Origin: Chrysomallon squamiferum
Taxonomy: Eukaryota; Animalia; Mollusca
Reading direction: 5' to 3'
DNA: 64,000 nt
Assembly: GCA_012295275.1 (NCBI GenBank)
Contig: CM022665.1
Coordinates: forward strand, 2,108,001 to 2,172,000
Position numbers and translations under genes: made by a program. Shown here in pieces: positions 56,418-64,000 of this stretch. Within the stretch, counting starts at the first letter, position 1. Every line of letters begins with the position of its first letter. Under the pieces are notes generated by a model. That model did not search any database and had not been told where the DNA came from. It worked only from the letters and a program-made list of their open reading frames with translations.

Positions 56418-57035
56418 TTTTATTTTATGTTATTTTATTATTATTTACTTCTTTTTTTTTCACTTCCACTTTCACAAAAGTAGCAACTTCGGCTGTTTTG
56501 CGGTAGTTAATGTTTTTGCATCACTGGCAGAAATATGTGAGTTTTATACTTGCGAGATCAATAACGTGACAAATATTTACCCTGATAAAAAAAAAAGTTT
56601 TTTTTTAAAGGTCTGAAGAGGAATGTAAATCAAACAGTCGATGGAGTTTTAATAGATATCCAATTAGAGATCATGAAACAGAATTAACTTTCACATTAGC
56701 CTAGCTGTTGTATTTCATGTTTGGGTTATAAACTGGGAGATGGTCGTAAACAAACTATTCGTGTTTTTTCCATTGCAAACTGTTATTGAAAAAGCGAAAC
56801 GATTTCGACGATATTTTTTTTATTTATTTTACAAAATTGCCATTTACTAATGTAAAACGAATGGGAATCATTTATCTAGGTGCACTGTGTAATGAAAGTC
56901 GCTGATAATAACAGCTACTTTCAGCAGTCGCGTACTTAATGTACAAATTTACCCACATATATACACACCATACATCACCTAACAAACAAACAAATTTATA
57001 AATAAACAAATAAACAAATAAATAAAATTAAGAAA

Positions 57036-57082
<47 letters not shown>

Positions 57083-57787
57083 AATAATAATAATAATAAT
57101 AATAAGTACATAAATATACACCGTATTAAATTTTCTATTGCATCTTTTTTCTTTTCTTTCTTTTTTTTTGTTTTGTTTTTTGTTTAGTTTTTTCCTTCTT
57201 CTTTTTTTTTTTTTTTTTTTTCTCTTATTTTTGTTGTTGCTGTTGTTGTTTTAATAACTAAAATAAATAAGCGTTATTTATAATAAATTTTAGAAATAAA
57301 ATACAATAAAAGCAGTTAAGAACAATAGGAAAATAATGAGTTTATGTCCAACCATTTTTTCATAATTTATTTGCTGGTATTAATAGAGATGTTTTCAGTT
57401 TTAAGTCTGAACCAAATGCATATGAAATTCAATTTTTGAATTTACTCTTCAGTAAGAAAAACAGAACATAAATTTCCGTTCGGCTGTATTTAAAACGTGA
57501 GGAAAGCAAAATGTTAAAAAATATATTTAAAATATTAGTGTATTTACTTAGAGCTGTCAGAAATGTTACTGACACATTAGATGTTATTTTTGTAGCACTC
57601 TAAACAAAGTTAATGTACGGCAGTTCGTGGTATATCTAAACTACCAACATAAATCACGGCACTAACAGATTCGTAATTAACTTTTCCGGTTTACCGTAAC
57701 ACGGACAATAAACAACTACACAACCTTAATAAGCTGTTGCCAAAAGCAAAAAAAAAAAAAAAAAAAAAATAAAAATAAAATAAATTA

Positions 57788-57853
<66 letters not shown>

Positions 57854-58185
57854 AATAAATAAATAAATAAAATTAAAAATAAAAAAAAGAAAGAAATAGA
57901 AGTGTTTTTACTGAATTCTAACACAAGCTATTTCCAAATTAGCGCAAAGTTAATTTATCTGTGTGAGGTCCCGTTAGACTACTTCATAATATTCGTGCAC
58001 CTTTCTCCAACTTCCACTTTTGTCTGACACTTGCACTATACACATGCAAAATATATAAATATATATACATATACATATGTAAAATAAATGATGCTTACAT
58101 ACACATAAATATATATATATATACATAAAAAGAAACACACAGAGAGAGAGAGGCAGACAGACAGACTGTCAGACAGACACACAAA

Positions 58186-58221
<36 letters not shown>

Positions 58222-58439
58222 CATACACAACTCTGTATCTCTACGTTCATTAAAAAAAATAATTTAAAATTTATAATAGCGATGGAATTATTTGATTCAC
58301 AGTTCTGAAGGTCAGATGTGTCGGTTGCACAACGGACAATAAAAACGACATGACAAATAGACATATTCCATTAGATTAATTCCACTCCGGCTTTGCTTAT
58401 TTTAGCAGTGAAAGAAGCCGAGGATGAAGTGTTGGGATA

Positions 58440-58830
58440 TGTAAGCGAACCTGACAGGACGATGGCTGGGCCGATTTAGGACTCGGTCGAGGAACAGAAT
58501 ACTGAAACGTTTGTTAACAATGGGTGACAAGGCAAAACGTTCGGGGAAACAATGCCTTGACGTTTTCAATTTACAAACACTGACGTCCTGCGATAAAACT
58601 TCAAGTCCAATTTACAAACACCACTGTCCTCAGGAGCCCTGCAATGGGCGTGGCCGACGTGGGGTTATCGGGGTGTTTGGGTGGTCGCGCGACCCCTCTT
58701 ACCATTAACAAGAGTTTACTGCCCGTGTCTTAGCCAGATTACTCTTTGTTTACCAGATTCTTCTCGCTGTCACTGGCCTCGAGATGGCTTTGGTGACCCT
58801 CGGCTTGATTAACAGCGTTCTCAATTGTCT
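58440..58830. promoter_or_regulatory. GC-rich island with paired Sox/Fox-like cassettes, KLF/SP box and palindrome
   Basis: AACAATG at 58516 and 58548; CAATTTACAAACAC at 58567 and 58608; GGGCGTGG 58646; GGTCGCGCGACC 58683-58694. Confidence 0.35.
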
Positions 58831-59013
58831 GTTAGTGATTGCGAATTAATGTATACACGACAAAGTGTGTTTCGTTTAGACACACGAGTTGAAGTTTCGG
58901 TTGACATTTCGATAACAGTTTTGTGGGTGGCTTTCTCTTCTTGCGATAACCTGAAAATTAAATGCTATTGTTTCTACACTACTAATTTCTATTGTCTGAG
59001 CTACGCTAACACA

Positions 59014-59126
<113 letters not shown>

Positions 59127-59521
59127 AACAAATATTTAAATCAATAAAATTTTATTTTTAAAACCTGTCTGAGATTTTTAAACACGTTTTCACGTTTACT
59201 CCAAAAACGTTCCTTTTAAAATTCATAACCCAAAATTTAAAAACAAAATAAATAATAATAAAAAGACATCCTAAAATTTGTTTTGTTGATACTTTATTAA
59301 TATTTACTGTGTATTTTTTTCATTTATGAAATGTATATGTTTATTTTATGTAATTTAATAACTGACGTATTTTTCATTGTTCCAGTTATATATTTTGTAT
59401 CAGCATTTTTCAAATGGATTCAATAATTATGTTATTTTACGAAAAATGAAAAATAAAATAAATAAAATAAACATATTTTACTTCTTTATGTTAAGATCTA
59501 CTATATATTTGGCAATTGTCA

Positions 59522-59554
<33 letters not shown>

Positions 59555-59850
59555 ATCTTGTTGTTGTTGTTGTTGTTTTTTTTATCATCATCATCATTAT
59601 AAACGAATAATTGCATGATATAAAAATAAAATATGGGTACATATTTTAATATATTACCAGCTTACTAGTTAAATCTAATGATTGCAAAATTAATGGAGTA
59701 TTTTAACTGATATATATTTTTAATTTATGAAACTAACTTGGTGTGGTAAAATATGGGGTTTTTTTAATTTGTAAACAAGAAAATTATATTCCGTGATGAA
59801 CATTCAATATTTTCTCAAGAAGCTACAAAACTAAAAAATATATGAGTAAC

Positions 59851-59913
<63 letters not shown>

Positions 59914-60182
59914 AATAATAAGAATAAGAATAATAAAACAACGACGATAATAATAATTATAATAATAATAATAATAAAATGATAGTTGATGGTAGTAGTA
60001 GTAAGAATAATAACAACGAATAATAATAATAATAATCAAACGACAATAATAATAATAATAATAACAATAGAACAACGACAATAATAATAATAAGTAGTAG
60101 CGGTTGCAATGGTAGTTGTAATAGTAGCTGTAATAATTATTCTAATAATAATTACAATAATATGATGATGATGATGATGACG

Positions 60183-60248
<66 letters not shown>

Positions 60249-60290
60249 TAATTCCCCCTCCGTCGTTCTCTGAAACTATTATAATTTTTG

Positions 60291-60466
60291 AAATGTAGTT
60301 TTTTGTCATTAACACGTCTGACACAAAACAGTTATAAATATTAATACGTTTACCCTCGACTCTGCTGTTTCTGACTCTGACTTTAACACTTCTGTCCGTC
60401 TCATTTCCTACCTGTCACGTCATCTGTCCGCTCTGACGTAATCACCGGTATGTCCAGCAGCGGCGC
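60291..60466 (+). repeat. Dispersed direct repeat, copy 2 (176 bp)
   Basis: ~97% identical to 48285-48460, offset 12,006 bp. Confidence 0.95.
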
Positions 60467-60639
60467 CAAGAGGATACGTTTTAGTTTGTTATTCGCCAAT
60501 TAAGAAAAATCACAAAACAAAAAAATAACAAAAAAAAAAAACAAAGGGAAACAGAAGAAGACAAAGAAGAAATGTAACGAAGATTTCGGAAAATAAATAA
60601 ACCATACAAAGATCCTACCAATAACGACTACTGCAGTAA

Positions 60640-60668
60640 CAACAAAAATAACAATAACATGAAATAAA

Positions 60669-60732
<64 letters not shown>

Positions 60733-61110
60733 CAGTAATAATAATAATAATAATAGTAATAATAATAATAACAATAACAACAAGAATAATAATAACAGTA
60801 AGGACAACAATAATAAAGAAATAAAATAGTTAAAATAAATAAATGAAAAAAATTATTAGTTAAAAACAAAACAAGTAATATTGGTTAAAATGTACTGAAT
60901 GCGTTAATAATTTCACTATTAACCTTTTGTACTGCGCTGAACAATTTCATGTACACAAAACATACTTCCAATTTTTCTTTTTTATTTATTTTTTCTATTT
61001 TTTATGTTTTTTGCGAGTTTTTGAACTTTCAGTCAGAGATAATAATTTTACAGATTATATTATATTTATATTTATTTTAATAATTTTATTCACACATAAT
61101 AAACAAAACG

Positions 61111-61168
<58 letters not shown>

Positions 61169-61600
61169 CAACAACAACAATAATAATAATAACAGTAACA
61201 GTAACTGAAATAAAATAAAAAAAAAATTAAAAAAAAGATAATCTGAACTGAATTTAAAAAAAAAAAAATTCAAAAGTTTTATATTATGTCGATTACGAGA
61301 GATAAAATCTAATTTTTCATATAAACATCAATTTTTTATTATTATCATGTAATTTTTTAATGTAATATAATTATTGCTGCAGTTTGTTAATTGTTTTTGT
61401 TTTTTTGCTTTTGCTTTTAATTCTGTTTTATATTTATTTATGTTTATTTATGTTTATTTTGTTTTTTCTTACAACAAAAACAAAACTAAACAAACAAAAT
61501 CACAGCCTGATAAATTTAAATTTGGCATAATGATATACTAATTAAAAATTGAAGAAATAATTTTAAAATTATTAAGCGTATATTATAAACACCAACAGCA

Positions 61601-61646
<46 letters not shown>

Positions 61647-61714
61647 TAACAACAATAATAATAATAATAATGATAATAATAATACTCATCATCATGATAG
61701 TAGTAGTAGTAGTA

Positions 61715-61768
<54 letters not shown>

Positions 61769-61790
61769 GTAATAATAATAATAACAATAG
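60640..61790. repeat. Field of (AAT)n/(AAC)n/(AGT)n microsatellites
   Basis: Several long triplet tracts (about 60660-60800, 61092-61190, 61603-61785) separated by AT-rich sequence. Confidence 0.9.
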
Positions 61791-62033
61791 AAGAAAATAA
61801 AGAAGATGAAGTTAAAAGATCTCGCCAACAGCAACAAAATAAAGATAGCGAGGACTGTTATTTTATTTAAAAATAAATTCTGCAGCCAGCAAAATTAATA
61901 TTATTTATGATAGAAAACGTAATACATATTTCATTAATAAACACACAGGATATTAAAACTAGCATAAAACTGCTTACTTACAGCAAAGCAAAAAAATAAA
62001 AATAAAGATTTTATGTGAGTTTATATATATTTT

Positions 62034-62114
<81 letters not shown>

Positions 62115-62579
62115 TTTCGGTTCTGTTTTATATGTATTTTTTTTTAAATACAAACGTCAGCTGCAAACAAGCTATTGGTGTTATGCAAGCAGCACGATAT
62201 CGAGCGATCTACAAGCCGACGAGTGTAACCATTCACCTGTTTCGTATGAATATATATGTGTTTGACCGCACAGATTAAGCAAGGTTACACTTATTAATAT
62301 TAACATATTCATACCACTGATAATTCCACAGTCTCGTCTTGTACGCAGTTTGTGTTTGACGTTATCTCCCGTTCAGAGACACGTTATATTTGACAAGCAA
62401 TGTGATACCATCGCCACACTCTGCCTTACTACATATGCATGTTTATGATCTAGTCAGAAGGAATGAAAATAAAAAAAAAATAAAAAAAATAAAAAAGCAA
62501 AAAAAAAAAAAAATAGATATGATGAGAGATGTTGGGATTTCTTATTAATGGAGATATATATATTCTTATACTCACCCTT

Positions 62580-62870
62580 AATCATTCATCCACGCATCCT
62601 GTCATCTTTCTGTCTATCCTGCCATCCGTTCTATATATTTAATCCGTTTATCTATCTATCTATCTGTCTGTTCCTCCGTTCTGTAAATTAATCCATCTGT
62701 CTATCCGTTTCTCTCACCCGTTACTTAATCCATTCGTTCGTCCACACATTTTTTCCATCGTTTTGTTCATTCATTCATCTACCCGTGCATTCAGTCACCC
62801 TTTTTATCCATCCTTCCTTGCGTTCAGTCCTTAACAGGTCCATCAGTTCATTGGCGTATCCATTATTTAT
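62580..62870. repeat. Degenerate (ATCC)/(ATTC)/(GTCT) tetranucleotide repeat
   Basis: Decayed 4-bp periodicity, pyrimidine-rich plus strand. Confidence 0.65.
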
Positions 62871-63338
62871 CACCTAGGTCTCAGTAATACGTTTTCTACA
62901 CACATAATTACAACTTAGCGTCTAGCGGGATTTCATTTCTTTACCCAGTGCGACTTTCTTGTTTATATTTTACATACAACTAAAATCAAAACATAGAAGA
63001 AGAAGAAGAAAAAGAAGAAGAAGAAGAAAAATATATAAAATGAAAAAAACCCGAGTGACCAAGGTGTTAGACTTGAAAGCAAGTGATCGTTAACTCCGAT
63101 GCTGGAAAGTGATCCGAGAACGCCCTGTGTGTCAGTCAGTGAAGCGCTGTACAATGGAGCAAGTTTTCACGTCCAAAGACGGCCAGGTGCTATACGCCAT
63201 ACTCTTCAATTAGTAACCCTGACACTTACATGCCCAACGTGAAATATCCGGGCGCAATTAGGTGATAAAAGACAAGTGATATTGGCAACGACAGAGAAGA
63301 GTAAAATAAACGTGAAACAAGAAATGGTGGAAACATCT

Positions 63339-63341
<3 letters not shown>

Positions 63342-63412
<71 letters not shown>
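63342..63412. repeat. (GA)n microsatellite
   Basis: Perfect dinucleotide tract. Confidence 0.97.
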
Positions 63413-63414
<2 letters not shown>

Positions 63415-63658
63415 TAACAAGAAGAACAGAACTGCGTGAGTGGATCGCGAGAAAAAATATTGCAGGACGTAAACGTGTGATGATCATTTATGTTCCATAA
63501 GTTCATCGTTGCGATGGCAAAGTTCACTGCTGCTAATATTCCATGTCTCGTACAGTACCGCGTCTGAGCTCAGCGTATGAAAACTAATAAGTGTTTTATT
63601 AAAAGTGAAGAAGCGTTGTAAAAGCTATTATTTATTTAAAGTCTCTCAGTCTTTCAGT

Positions 63659-63683
63659 CTCTCTCTCTCTCTCTCTCTCTCCC

Positions 63684-63727
<44 letters not shown>

Positions 63728-63796
63728 AACAAACAAACACACATACATACACAAACAAACACACACACGCACACAAACAAACAAACACACACACAC
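63659..63796. repeat. Compound (CT)n(CA)n/(AAAC)n microsatellite
   Basis: Seen directly. Confidence 0.93.
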
Positions 63797-64000
63797 GAAA
63801 TTGAATAGACTGAACAAAAGAAGCAGAGAAAAAAAGAAGCATAGACCTATCGATAAACATATTTAGTTCCGATTGAGAGATAGGATCATTTACACTTGTG
63901 TATTAAATTCACTCATTTTCTGCTCACAAATTTATCTAAAATAGATTTCCTTCCTTTTTATTGAGAAATAGTTTCGAAGAACATGGGTTTCCAAAAAAAC

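Noticed and set aside
63154-63213. Peptide MEQVFTSKDGQVLYAILFN, vaguely like an alpha-fucosidase C-terminal strand
   Set aside because: Only 19 codons, ends in stops, with no adjoining homologous exons.

Overview
This window is eukaryotic, very AT-rich, apparently non-coding DNA: a large intron or gene desert of an animal genome. The repeat landscape is reminiscent of a mollusc/gastropod, but that is inference only. I recognise no protein-coding gene, rRNA, intact tRNA, known miRNA or CRISPR array. Most ORFs in the track are read-throughs of microsatellites. The window alternates between AT-rich spacers packed with (AAT)n, (AAAT)n, (AG)n, (AC)n and poly-A tracts, and roughly 35 'islands' (0.2-1.3 kb) of complex, CpG-retaining sequence. 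Several islands carry clustered TGACA/TGTCA (TALE-type) and other transcription-factor-like motifs, consistent with a cis-regulatory landscape. The best-supported discrete structures are: (1) a 176-bp, ~97% identical direct duplication 12,006 bp apart (48285-48460 / 60291-60466); (2) a ~536-bp MITE-like element with 36-bp terminal inverted repeats (47488-48023); (3) a 108-bp retro-insertion with a (CATT)n tail and a perfect 9-bp target-site duplication (53279-53386); (4) a tRNA-like cloverleaf whose anticodon loop is reduced to CAT (44447-44513); (5) a promoter-like CpG island with clustered E2F/YY1/NRF1-like sites (46600-47700). Candidate splice-defined exons, including a 6-nt microexon, are speculative. 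I cannot support a claim of a new biological system from sequence alone.
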